Below, in pieces: positions 25,598-36,825 of a stretch of 64,000 bases of DNA. The notes beneath the pieces were generated by a model. That model was not told the origin of the DNA. It ran no database searches and worked only from the letters and a program-made list of their open reading frames with translations. Each line of letters opens with the position of its first letter. The stretch's first letter is position 1. The DNA is taken from assembly GCA_964586255.1 (NCBI GenBank), contig CAZPGE010000001.1, forward strand, positions 64,750 through 128,749, given 5' to 3'. A program made the position numbers and the translations under genes. The DNA comes from an uncultured Candidatus Saccharibacteria bacterium (GTDB taxonomy: Bacteria; Patescibacteriota; Minisyncoccia; Phycocordibacterales; UBA2100).

Positions 25598-27313
25598 ATG
25601 AAATCGACGCTCGTCTTCCGCGCGCGTCTCCTGTGCGCCATCTTCCTTGTAGCTGCATTCGTACTCATTCTTCGGCTGTATTTTGTACAAATCGTTTTGG
25701 GTGACTCATATGCACAGGACGCTATGGGTCAGTACGTGCAGCGTGCCGGCGATGAAGTAGCACGAGGAGATATATTCTTTACGGATAGAGATGGCGAGAG
25801 TGTTGCGGCTGCAGTCACACAGTCTGGATGGCTACTCGTCGTAGTGCCAAAGGACCTGAAAGATCCGCAGATGGTCTATGACGCGCTATCGGCACACGTA
25901 GAGATCGACAAAGAGCGTTTTTTTGCGAGCGCTACAAAGGCTAATGACCCATGGGAAGAGATGGCGCAGCGCGTATCAGATGAAGCCGCGGCTGAGATTC
26001 GTGCGCTGAAACTGGCTGGGGTGGTACTTGTGCAGGACAAGTGGCGCAACTATCCGGCAAAGCAGCTCGCCGCACAGACGCTCGGGTTCGTAGGGTACAA
26101 AGGCGAAGTAAAGACAGGTGTGTACGGTCTGGAGCTTCAGTGGCAAGAGACGCTTTCGCATAAACGGGAAGGTCTCTATGTGAATCCGTTTGCGGAGATA
26201 TTTACCAATGCGCGTGCGGCCCTTGCTGCCGATCCTGCAAAACAAGAAGGGAGCATAATCATCTCTATCGAACCCACCACACAAGCACAGCTCGAGAAAA
26301 CACTCGATGAGGTCATGAGCGAGTATGCGCCACGCGTGACCGGCGGCATCGTCATGGATCCGAAGACGGGTGAGATTGTCGCCATGGCTCTGCGGCCAAG
26401 CTTTGATCCCAATGTGTACAACACCGTGGAGAATCCGGCGGTGTTTACAAACGCGCTCGTAGAAGGAAGGTACGAACTCGGCTCCATAATGAAGCCGCTC
26501 ACCATGGCAATCGGGCTCGATGTGGGCGCCGTGTCGCCACAGACGACCTACTACGACACAGGCTGCTTCACGCGTTCGGGGAAGAAGATATGTAATCATG
26601 ATAAAAAAGCGCGCAACACCACAGAAATGCAGCAAGTCTTGAGTCAGTCACTCAATCTTGGTGCGACTTTCGTGGAAGAGCGCGCAGGCTCCGCGACCTT
26701 CACAAGGTACATGAAGTCACTCGGGCTCGAAGAAAAGACCGAAATAGATTTGCCCAATGAGGTGACGGGTGACCTCAGTCCGCTCGGGGAGGGCGTAGGA
26801 CCTGAGGTCAACTTCGCCGCGGCGTCGTTTGGCCAGGGTATCTCGGTGACTCCGATTGCGATGACGCGCGCGCTCGCGGCGCTCGCCAATGGCGGCAAGC
26901 TGCCGAATCCTCATGTGGTCACGCACGTAAAATTCTCGAGCGGTATTACGCGTGAGGTAGAGGAAAAAGAGAGACGACAGGTCTTCAAGTCTGAGACTGC
27001 CGAGGCCGTTACGCGTATGCTCACTGAGGTTTACGATTCGGCGCTGCTTAATGGGAAGTTGAAGCAGGAACATTATTCTATTGCGGCAAAGACAGGGACC
27101 GCGCAGCTCGTAGACTCCAATGGTGCGTACTACTCGGATCGATACCTGCACTCATTTTTTGGGTACTTCCCCGCACACGATGCTCGATTTATCGTGTTTC
27201 TCTTTGCGGTAGAGCCGCATGGTGCAGAATTCGCATCCGCCACTTTGGCGCACCCATTCCTCGATATTACGAAATTCTTGATAAACTACTACAGTATTCC
27301 GCCTGATAGATAG
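25598..27313 (+). CDS. ftsI: peptidoglycan D,D-transpeptidase FtsI (PBP3-like class B PBP)
   Basis: N-terminal TM, PBP dimerisation domain, and a transpeptidase domain with the SIMKP SxxK motif. Confidence 0.8.
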   Translation: MKSTLVFRARLLCAIFLVAAFVLILRLYFVQIVLGDSYAQDAMGQYVQRAGDEVARGDIFFTDRDGESVAAAVTQSGWLLVVVPKDLKDPQMVYDALSAHVEIDKERFFASATKANDPWEEMAQRVSDEAAAEIRALKLAGVVLVQDKWRNYPAKQLAAQTLGFVGYKGEVKTGVYGLELQWQETLSHKREGLYVNPFAEIFTNARAALAADPAKQEGSIIISIEPTTQAQLEKTLDEVMSEYAPRVTGGIVMDPKTGEIVAMALRPSFDPNVYNTVENPAVFTNALVEGRYELGSIMKPLTMAIGLDVGAVSPQTTYYDTGCFTRSGKKICNHDKKARNTTEMQQVLSQSLNLGATFVEERAGSATFTRYMKSLGLEEKTEIDLPNEVTGDLSPLGEGVGPEVNFAAASFGQGISVTPIAMTRALAALANGGKLPNPHVVTHVKFSSGITREVEEKERRQVFKSETAEAVTRMLTEVYDSALLNGKLKQEHYSIAAKTGTAQLVDSNGAYYSDRYLHSFFGYFPAHDARFIVFLFAVEPHGAEFASATLAHPFLDITKFLINYYSIPPDR

Positions 27314-27343
27314 AGTGATGCGGTAGAATGATGCGGAATTCTT

Positions 27344-28639
27344 ATGCTCAATGCTTTAAAAAAGACCCTCGTTACACTTCTTGTATGGGAAGCGCGCCTT
27401 GTGTTGTGGCGCCATAAGCCGCGCATTATCGCGGTGACGGGAAGTGTGGGAAAGACCACGACTAAAGATGCTATTTACGCCGGGCTATCCGGCACACTTC
27501 GCATGCGAAAGAGTGCAAAGAGTTTCAACAGCGATATAGGTGTGCCACTCACCATTTTGGGTTGTGAGAATGCCTGGAACAATCCATTCAAGTGGATAGC
27601 GAATCTTTTCCGAGGACTGGCGCTCGTCGTACTTCCCACCGACTATCCGGCATGGCTCGTGCTCGAAGTCGGGGCTGATAGGCCTGGCGATATTCGGCGC
27701 ATAGCAAAATGGCTGCGCCCGGAAATCGCCGTCTTTACCGGCGTACCGGAGATACCGGCACATGTTGAATACTTTTCATCACCTGAGGATGTCATGAGAG
27801 AAAAGCGCGCACTTGCAGAGTATGTGCGGCCGGGAGGCAAGCTCGTAATCAACGGTGACGACCTTCGCTCAAAACAGCTTCACGGAGATTATCGTGGCAT
27901 ATCGGTCACGTATGGGTGCGAGAGCAACAACGATTTCTTTTCATCGCATGAAGAGATTGTGTATGAAGATGAAGAGCCGACGGGGCTGCGTTTTCGCGCC
28001 AATCATGGCGCCTCGTCAATCCCCGTAAGCGTACACGGCGCCCTCGGCCGGCCTCGCGTGTACGCCGCTCTCGCGGCAGTAGCTGTCGGCGACTGTGCCG
28101 GGGTAGATAGTGTGTCGGTAAGCCGCGCGCTCGATACCTGGGAGCCACCACCGGGTCGCGTGCGCATACTGCCGGGCATGAAATATTCCGTACTCGTAGA
28201 TGACACATACAACTCTTCACCCGTGGCGGCACTCGCGGCACTCGACATCCTTGCTGACATTCGTACAGCGGGAAGAAAGATCGCGATACTCGGCGATATG
28301 CTGGAGCTCGGTAGGTATACAAAAGAGGCGCATCGGCAGGTGGGAGAGCGAGCGGCAAAGACTGCTGACATCTTGATTACGGTGGGTTTTCGCTCTCGCG
28401 CGGTTGCAGAAGCGGCGCTCGATGCGGGCATGTCGGAAAGTGCGATACGGCAATATGAAATGGGGGAGGCGGAGCGCGTCGCAAAGGAATTGCTCCCTGA
28501 GGTTCGCAAGGGCGACATTATCCTCGTGAAAGGCTCGCAAGGTATGCGGCTAGAAAAATGTGTTCGTGCGCTGATGGCAGAGCCCGAACGCGCACCAGAA
28601 CTTCTGGTGCGCATGGAAGACGAGTGGGCTCTGAGGTGA
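27344..28639 (+). CDS. murF: UDP-N-acetylmuramoyl-tripeptide--D-alanyl-D-alanine ligase
   Basis: AVTGSVGKTTTKD P-loop and the DDTYNSSP motif (MurF DDSYNANP-like). Confidence 0.75.
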   Translation: MLNALKKTLVTLLVWEARLVLWRHKPRIIAVTGSVGKTTTKDAIYAGLSGTLRMRKSAKSFNSDIGVPLTILGCENAWNNPFKWIANLFRGLALVVLPTDYPAWLVLEVGADRPGDIRRIAKWLRPEIAVFTGVPEIPAHVEYFSSPEDVMREKRALAEYVRPGGKLVINGDDLRSKQLHGDYRGISVTYGCESNNDFFSSHEEIVYEDEEPTGLRFRANHGASSIPVSVHGALGRPRVYAALAAVAVGDCAGVDSVSVSRALDTWEPPPGRVRILPGMKYSVLVDDTYNSSPVAALAALDILADIRTAGRKIAILGDMLELGRYTKEAHRQVGERAAKTADILITVGFRSRAVAEAALDAGMSESAIRQYEMGEAERVAKELLPEVRKGDIILVKGSQGMRLEKCVRALMAEPERAPELLVRMEDEWALR

Positions 28640-28641
28640 GT

Positions 28642-28893
28642 ATGGAAGACATGCCTCTGTACGATACGAAAGAGCAAGCGCTCGCAGCGACAGGAGAGAT
28701 TTACCAACACTACAAAGGCGGCGTGTACAGGCTCGTGCACAAAGGCGTGCGGCACAGTGAGACGCTCGAGACGGGTGTCATGTACGAGCATCTCTGGCCG
28801 CACGCACACGGATATTGGTATCGTCCGGAGTCAATATTTTTTGGCACGCTCGAGAATGGCGAACAGCGCTTTAAACTGGTGAAATCCTTGTAA
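28642..28893 (+). CDS. DUF1653-like small protein
   Basis: YQHYKGGVYRLV...HSETLE..VMYEHLW pattern matches what I recall of DUF1653. Confidence 0.5.
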   Translation: MEDMPLYDTKEQALAATGEIYQHYKGGVYRLVHKGVRHSETLETGVMYEHLWPHAHGYWYRPESIFFGTLENGEQRFKLVKSL

Positions 28894-28932
28894 CTATCCA
28901 CATCGTATCCGAGACTGCATTAACACTCTGAT

Positions 28933-28955
28933 ATTCTTAAGAATGTGAGAGTATG
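28933..28955 (+). promoter_or_regulatory. 23-nt element with palindrome TTCTTAAGAA, ending in the arsR-family gene's start codon. Candidate operator; copy 1.
   Basis: attcttaagaatgtgagagtATG. Confidence 0.45.
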
Positions 28956-29240
28956 GCAGATTCAATAAAGGGACCAAAAAAGATGGAGAGACATTTCAAG
29001 GGTGTCGCAAATCATCGACGTATTCAAATCTTGCTCCTCATAGGGAAAGAGCCAGGCTTGTCATTGGATGTCGTAGCTGACAGAGTGAAGGGCAACATGA
29101 AGACTATCGCGGAGCATACGCGCAGGCTTGCGCTCGCTGGGCTTGTGGAGAAGCGGTACAGAGGGAGGGAGGTAGAACATCACCTTACTCCGTACGGTCG
29201 CCAATTTCTTTCATTCATCAATACATTCTCACGTTCTTAA
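28953..29240 (+). CDS. ArsR/SmtB-family transcriptional regulator (winged HTH)
   Basis: NHRRIQILLLI...LSLDVVADRV...KTIAEHTRRLALAGLVEKRYRGREV matches the ArsR HTH pattern. Confidence 0.7.
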   Translation: MADSIKGPKKMERHFKGVANHRRIQILLLIGKEPGLSLDVVADRVKGNMKTIAEHTRRLALAGLVEKRYRGREVEHHLTPYGRQFLSFINTFSRS

Positions 29241-29256
29241 GAAAGTGAGAGTATGT
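29234..29256 (+). promoter_or_regulatory. Second copy of the 23-nt TTCTTAAGAA-containing element, overlapping the arsR-family stop codon. Copy 2.
   Basis: gttcttaagaaagtgagagtATG matches copy 1 at 21 of 23 positions. The TAA stop sits inside the palindrome. Confidence 0.45.
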
Positions 29257-29304
29257 GAAATGTCGCTGGTAAATTGTGAGATTTTTTGTACTATTTGCGC
29301 GACT

Positions 29305-29376
29305 GGCCCCATCGTCTATCGGCTAGGACACATCCTTCTCAAGGATGGAAGCGGGGTTCGATTCCCCGTGGGGTCA
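29305..29376 (+). tRNA. tRNA-Glu(CUC), CCA not encoded
   Basis: Acceptor GGCCCCA/UGGGGUC-A, anticodon loop UU-CUC-AA, T loop UUCGAUU. Confidence 0.7.
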
Positions 29377-29537
29377 ATGACTACAGAAATCCTGCTCTGC
29401 TGCAGGATTTCGGAGCATTGACGGGCGCAGCGTTGTGAGCATAGAAGGGCGAACCGCGAGCCGGGGCCGGCGACCAAAACTCGCTGACGAGCGAGTTTTG
29501 AGTTGTGGGCCAGGCAAGTGATGTTACTGTTGCTAAT

Positions 29538-29837
29538 ATGAATTCTATTGAATTGATTTTAAAAATTTTAGTAGGGATCGTGGTTACGGTGGTGTTGGGT
29601 TTTATAGGTTTGATGTTGCTTACAGTTTCCTCAGATGCTGGAACGAACACCTCTTTATTTAGATTTGCAAGCTTGGTTGAGGTGCCGGTCATTCTTGGGC
29701 TCATAGCTCTTATGTGGTGGGGCTTGTTTCGAGTTCCAAAAACTCAACCTCGCACTTGGCATGGGATGAGTACAAGCACCTTTGTTTTGATTGCAGTTAT
29801 GGTCGCACTATACGCTTTCCTTAAGCTGTATTATTAA
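29538..29837 (+). CDS. small membrane protein (hypothetical)
   Basis: Three hydrophobic segments. Start is uncertain (29505 or 29538). Confidence 0.4.
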   Translation: MNSIELILKILVGIVVTVVLGFIGLMLLTVSSDAGTNTSLFRFASLVEVPVILGLIALMWWGLFRVPKTQPRTWHGMSTSTFVLIAVMVALYAFLKLYY

Positions 29838-30064
29838 GCGCTTTCCCATACCGCTGCCATTGGTAGAGTTCTTGTACCAACTGGTACCAATTTTCTCCCA
29901 CTTGGGTCACAAATACTCAAAGACCTGCAGCAGTGCAGGTCTTTGAGCATCTGTGACATTCGGAGTGATGTTACGCGAGCTCGCGCGACCGCGAGGCAGC
30001 GCCTGCGACCGATTCCGCCCGACGGCGCGGCTTCGAGTTGTGGGCCATGTATAATATTTTGTAT

Positions 30065-30397
30065 ATGCGGACGTGGGGCATTTCACTCGTGTTGCTTATC
30101 GCGCTTATTGCCATCGCGAACATCTATTCGATAGGGAAGGACGTGTCCAAGGAAATCGGCACATTTCCCGACGGGCGTATGGTGAGTGTGGAGACCTACG
30201 TGCAGCAAAACATTTCAGAGCTCTCTCCTCTCAAAGAAGTATTGGGTGGGAAATATTACGTCACAGAAATTCACGCGTCGAATGGTCGCGGCATAGTGCA
30301 CTATGAAGATGGTCATGTTGCTCATGCGGCAGACTTCACCTACACGATTCATTCAGACGTCGGAATCACAATTGATTCATTCGTCGTACGATTTTAA
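30065..30397 (+). CDS. hypothetical protein with N-terminal TM anchor
   Basis: TATAAT at 30047 lies just upstream. Start is uncertain (30038 or 30065). Confidence 0.4.
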   Translation: MRTWGISLVLLIALIAIANIYSIGKDVSKEIGTFPDGRMVSVETYVQQNISELSPLKEVLGGKYYVTEIHASNGRGIVHYEDGHVAHAADFTYTIHSDVGITIDSFVVRF

Positions 30398-30405
30398 GTA
30401 TTTGT

Positions 30406-30714
30406 ATGACAACGAACCCCTACATCAATGCAGCATTAGCCAGTGCGTACATCGTCCTTGTGGCACTCGGAATCACAACGCTCGGTACGTTGGTTGGACC
30501 TGATTCAGATGATACGGTGCTGGCACCTATTGCGATGCTCTCGCTCCTCGTATTGTCCGTCGCCTTCATGGCGTTTATGTTCTTTTACCGTCCAGTCGCG
30601 CTCTTGCTCGACGGCAAGCGTGATGAGGCCGTTGCCTTCTTTGCTCGTACGCTCGCTGCCTTCGCGCTCATCACGGCGATTGTGCTTGCTATCGGTTTCG
30701 CAATCTTCATGTAA
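30406..30714 (+). CDS. small membrane protein (hypothetical)
   Basis: Three TM segments. Confidence 0.4.
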   Translation: MTTNPYINAALASAYIVLVALGITTLGTLVGPDSDDTVLAPIAMLSLLVLSVAFMAFMFFYRPVALLLDGKRDEAVAFFARTLAAFALITAIVLAIGFAIFM

Positions 30715-30717
30715 TTC

Positions 30718-32572
<1,855 letters not shown>

Positions 32573-32651
32573 CTCGGTTGACGAACCCTTTTTAGTGGCT
32601 CTATAGAGCCACGGAGACTTCATGAGTCGCTCATTAGACAACGATTAGGGC

Positions 32652-32680
32652 TTGACTGTCAAGACTTTCTGTGCTATCCT
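32652..32680 (+). promoter_or_regulatory. sigma70-like promoter (TTGACT-17 nt-TATCCT) upstream of the 3D-domain gene
   Basis: TTGACT at 32652-32657 and TATCCT at 32675-32680. Confidence 0.5.
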
Positions 32681-32699
32681 AAAGCGGTAAGGTAATCCC

Positions 32700-33284
32700 T
32701 TGCGGCGCATGACAGGAATCATATCAACGGCCATTGGAGGCCTCTTTCTTTTGTCCACAACAGGACTTGGTGCCACAACGACGGCTCCGGTCGTCGAGGA
32801 CGCTCCCACGTTTACCGTCTCTATGACGGGCTACAATGCCGTACCGGAACAGACCGACGGCGATCCCTTTACCACGGCAAGCGGCGCTTACTCCAATCCG
32901 GAAGTCGTAGCGGCTCGCTCCGTAGATCTCAGGGAGAAGCTCCCTTTTGGCACGGTCATCGAGATTGTGGCTCACAATGACCCTAAGAACCCGAACTGCG
33001 GATTCTCTGTGGTAGAAGAGCATCTTGGCCTTCGCGTCATCGCCGACTCCATGCATCCTCGAAAGCGCAACCAGATAGACGTGCTGCTCCCGGCTGAGAA
33101 GTCAGTGCGCGCAGCAGGTCGCTGGGTAAATCCGGCCGTCGCGCTTGGGGTGTGCAAAAACATCGAGATACGAGTCGTAGGTAAGGTCGCCATTAAAGAT
33201 ATTCCGAAGACTCAGAAAGGTCTCCGGCTTGCAGTCGGCGTCCTCAAGACCGCTGACGAACAAGCGCTCGCCATCAAGAAGTAA
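32700..33284 (+). CDS. secreted 3D-domain protein (MltA/RlpA-like cell-wall binding or lytic fold)
   Basis: Signal or TM segment, then TGYNAVPEQTDGDPFTTASG...VDL..LPFGTVIEI, resembling the 3D domain (YuiC/YabE-like). Confidence 0.55.
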   Translation: MRRMTGIISTAIGGLFLLSTTGLGATTTAPVVEDAPTFTVSMTGYNAVPEQTDGDPFTTASGAYSNPEVVAARSVDLREKLPFGTVIEIVAHNDPKNPNCGFSVVEEHLGLRVIADSMHPRKRNQIDVLLPAEKSVRAAGRWVNPAVALGVCKNIEIRVVGKVAIKDIPKTQKGLRLAVGVLKTADEQALAIKK

Positions 33285-33302
33285 CACATCTATACTGCAC
33301 GC

Positions 33303-34169
33303 ATGAGGGCTTGCTATCACGTAGAAATAGTCACGCCGAAGAACGTCGTGCTCAATGGTCTCGTGCTCGGTGCGAAAAAGCCGAAGCGCATGTTCATTTG
33401 GCTGCACGGGCTCAATAGCTCGATGTTCAGCAAAATGTCCATCATGGATCTCCTGACGGACAATGAGACTGCTGTGCTCGCTTTCAACAACCGCGGCCAT
33501 GACAAAGTATCCGCGATAACGACAACAAGCGGAAAGAGCACGAAGCTCCGCGGTGGTGGCGCGCATGAGGTCTTTACCGACTGCGTCGATGATATCGACG
33601 GAGCTATCCGTCTTGCGCGAAGTCTCGGCGCAAAGGACATTTTTCTGGTCGGTCATTCCACCGGCTGTCAAAAATCTGTGTACTGGGCAAGTAAAAAAGG
33701 CAGGGGCATCAGTGGTATCGTCCTCCTCGCACCCGTGAGTGATTACTCTGCGGGCCTCTTGGTAAGCGGTAAGGGCGTACTTTCGCGCGCGGAGAAGATT
33801 GCACGTACTCTTGTGAAAAAGCGTCGCCCGCATGAACTCCTCCCTGAAGATGTGCTCGCTTGGGGTGAGATGGCGGATGCGCAGCGATTTCTGAGTTTGT
33901 ACACACCTCAGAGTGTGGAGGAGATTTTCACGTACGCGCAACGGGGGAAGAAACCTGCTCGACTTGCGAAAGTTCGGCTTCCTATCTTGGCAATACTCGC
34001 AGAGCGTGATCAATTCGTGGACCGCCCGCCGGCGGAACTCTATGCGTGGTTCTTACAACATATATATGAAGGCGAGGTACATATTGTCGAGGGAGCCGAA
34101 CACGGCTTTAGGGGAGCGGAGAGAGAGGTTGCCGGCATTATAAAGCAATGGTCAAAAGCGCGTCCATAG
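33303..34169 (+). CDS. alpha/beta hydrolase fold protein
   Basis: GHSTG nucleophile elbow. HG (LHGLNSS) at the N-terminus. Confidence 0.6.
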   Translation: MRACYHVEIVTPKNVVLNGLVLGAKKPKRMFIWLHGLNSSMFSKMSIMDLLTDNETAVLAFNNRGHDKVSAITTTSGKSTKLRGGGAHEVFTDCVDDIDGAIRLARSLGAKDIFLVGHSTGCQKSVYWASKKGRGISGIVLLAPVSDYSAGLLVSGKGVLSRAEKIARTLVKKRRPHELLPEDVLAWGEMADAQRFLSLYTPQSVEEIFTYAQRGKKPARLAKVRLPILAILAERDQFVDRPPAELYAWFLQHIYEGEVHIVEGAEHGFRGAEREVAGIIKQWSKARP

Positions 34170-34201
34170 GATAGGGTGACCGGAGCACGTGGGAGGGAAA
34201 C

Positions 34202-34747
34202 ATGCTTGATGCATCGCTCGGAGGGGCTTTTCCGCGCGAAAGCGTGGAAAAGCTTATTCCATCGTTCGTTAAGGAAGGTGCTACGGCGGAATGCTCAATG
34301 TACAGTATTTCGCCACACAAGGGTGGCTCCATGTACGATGGCAGGCTGTACTTCGAGACGAACAGGGGGCTGAAGCTTATGCACGCCCAAGGCGGCGTAA
34401 AGCAAGCGATAGCATTCGTCGGATTTGACATAGAGAATGACGCAATGCAAATTCGTCAGCTCCAAGGCAAGAGAGGGTTTGCTCATCTTTTGCAACCGCT
34501 GAGGTGGGAGCACTTACTGGTACGCGCAATCGTTGAGCTGGCGAAACGCGCCTCGGATTGCACTGAAGTGCACATGCCGCGGGCTGCATCGCTCACATTC
34601 TACGATTTCCCTATGGGCCTTTCGGTTCCGCGAGAAGCATTCCACCAGACCATGAAGCTTCGATACGACACGACGGCAAAGCGGCTTGGATTCAAGTGGA
34701 ATAGTTGGAAGGGAGCGTACTACCTCAATATACGGACCGATGCATGA
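34202..34747 (+). CDS. hypothetical protein
   Basis: ORF with no assignable motif. Confidence 0.4.
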   Translation: MLDASLGGAFPRESVEKLIPSFVKEGATAECSMYSISPHKGGSMYDGRLYFETNRGLKLMHAQGGVKQAIAFVGFDIENDAMQIRQLQGKRGFAHLLQPLRWEHLLVRAIVELAKRASDCTEVHMPRAASLTFYDFPMGLSVPREAFHQTMKLRYDTTAKRLGFKWNSWKGAYYLNIRTDA

Positions 34748-34801
34748 GTGCGTCGGTCCGGTCTTTTTTTACGCGCGCGCTGTGCTAAAATGCCGCCATC
34801 T

Positions 34802-35593
34802 ATGGCCACCGAACAGATAGCTGAGCACGCAGTGGAAGTGGGAGAGGTCGCGCACGAGGGTGGCATCCACGTGGCGATTGCCGCAGAAAAGCTCGGTGAA
34901 TTTCTTGGCTTTCCCATCACCAATACACTCGTTGCGAGTTCTATTGTCTTTGTGGTGCTGCTCGTCCTCGCATTTACCGTAGGACGTCGTCTTAAAATGA
35001 TTCCGGGGCGGCTCCAGTCCGTTTTTGAGCACGCCGTGGAGGGCGTATACGACTATGTCGCAGAGACACTGGAAAGCAGGGAAATGGCTCGCCAGTACTT
35101 TCCACTTATAGTGACCATCTTTCTTTTCATCTGGCTAGCAAACCTGATGGAATTCATCCCGGGTATTGGGTCTATTCTCTATCACGGCGAACCGCTTCTT
35201 CGCAGCGTGAATACCGACCTCAATACACCGCTCGCACTCGCGCTCATATCGTTCTTCGTTATCGAGATTACAGGCATCGTGGCAATCGGTATCGTGAAGT
35301 ACGGTGGAAAATTCTTCAACTTTCATTCGCCGATAGATTTCGTTGTCGGCATAATCGAATTTATTGGAGAGCTCGTACGTGTCGTCTCGCTCTCTTTCCG
35401 ACTTTTCGGCAACATCCTAGCTGGCGAAGTCGTCCTTGCGGTTGCGACGTATTTCGCGCCGTACCTTTTGCCTGTGCCACTTATGATGTTTGAGATCTTC
35501 ATCGGCACCCTCCAGGCAGCAATTTTCGCACTTCTCACGCTCTTCTTCATCAAACTCGCTATCACAGAACCGCACGGAGCTGAAGCTCATTAG
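34802..35593 (+). CDS. atpB: F0F1 ATP synthase subunit a
   Basis: FRLFGNILAGEV and the essential Arg region are present. It heads the atp operon. Confidence 0.85.
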   Translation: MATEQIAEHAVEVGEVAHEGGIHVAIAAEKLGEFLGFPITNTLVASSIVFVVLLVLAFTVGRRLKMIPGRLQSVFEHAVEGVYDYVAETLESREMARQYFPLIVTIFLFIWLANLMEFIPGIGSILYHGEPLLRSVNTDLNTPLALALISFFVIEITGIVAIGIVKYGGKFFNFHSPIDFVVGIIEFIGELVRVVSLSFRLFGNILAGEVVLAVATYFAPYLLPVPLMMFEIFIGTLQAAIFALLTLFFIKLAITEPHGAEAH

Positions 35594-35665
35594 GGCATAG
35601 AAACGGCGCAATCCTGTGATAATATGCGGTCGGTCGAGGTTCTTTATTAGACAAAACAACACTAG

Positions 35666-35902
<237 letters not shown>

Positions 35903-35970
35903 CACTGCGTGTTGCGCTCTATCGCGCAGCCGCAGTGTGTGAATTTAATAACTCGGAACAGAACACAACT

Positions 35971-36420
35971 ATGTCAGAACTCTTCGCAGCATTTGGTATC
36001 GATTGGAGACTGCTTCTCATACAGGCAGTCAATTTTGGCGTGCTGCTCGCAGCGCTGACGTATTTTCTCTACAAACCGATTCTCGGCATCATTGATGAGC
36101 GTCGAGAAAAGGTAGCGAATGGCGTACGCACTGCCGAAGAGGCGGCGCGAAAGCTCGCTGACGCGCAAGAGGAGAGTAAAAGTCTTGTGGGTACCGCCGC
36201 GCGGGACGCCGAGCAGATAGTCGCCTCGGCTCGCGGTCGTGCCGACGAAAAGGGCAACGAGATACTCCGCGCAGCCGAAGTAAAGGCGCAGAGTGTGCTC
36301 AAGGACGCAGAGTCTCGCGCAGAGGAGGCGAAGCGACTTGCGCTTGAAGAGAGTAGCAAAGAAATCGCCCGCGCAGCGATGCTCGCGGCGGAAAAGATTC
36401 TTCGTGAGAAATCGGCGTAA
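35971..36420 (+). CDS. atpF: F0F1 ATP synthase subunit b
   Basis: N-terminal TM followed by a long charged helix. Confidence 0.8.
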   Translation: MSELFAAFGIDWRLLLIQAVNFGVLLAALTYFLYKPILGIIDERREKVANGVRTAEEAARKLADAQEESKSLVGTAARDAEQIVASARGRADEKGNEILRAAEVKAQSVLKDAESRAEEAKRLALEESSKEIARAAMLAAEKILREKSA

Positions 36421-36424
36421 AGAT

Positions 36425-36814
36425 ATGGAGCAATCGTACGCACAGGCGCTCTGGAAAATGGTAGAAGGCGGGATGACCCCGCATCAAGCTGTCCTCGCTG
36501 TAAAAGAGTCGCTCGAAAGGTACGGTAGAGGAGCGCTCTTGCCTCGTGTAGCGAGCGCATTTGCGCGTCTAGCGGAGCGGGAAGGAAAGAAAAGTGACGT
36601 TGTGCTCACTGTAGCGAGAGAGAAAGACGAGCGTCATGCACGCACGGCGGCAAAAGAATTGCTTGCCGAGCTACACATAGATGCGGACGGCCTCAAGACG
36701 CAAGTCGACGATACGCTTATCGGCGGCTGGCGCCTCGAGGGTAGAGGGATGCTCGTCGACAACAGCTACAAGAGCAAACTGCAGCGAATTTATAATCAAG
36801 TAACAAGCGCATAG
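36425..36814 (+). CDS. atpH: F0F1 ATP synthase subunit delta (short, ~129 aa)
   Basis: Position between atpF and atpA, plus an OSCP-like C-terminus ([21 protein letters not shown]). Confidence 0.7.
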   Translation: MEQSYAQALWKMVEGGMTPHQAVLAVKESLERYGRGALLPRVASAFARLAEREGKKSDVVLTVAREKDERHARTAAKELLAELHIDADGLKTQVDDTLIGGWRLEGRGMLVDNSYKSKLQRIYNQVTSA

Positions 36815-36825
36815 CATTAATACGT

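Noticed and set aside
29260-29400. Small ORF starting at the ATG of the second 23-mer copy (29254) and running through tRNA-Glu
   Set aside because: ATG-TGA stops immediately in one frame. The other frame reads through a tRNA gene and is considered spurious.
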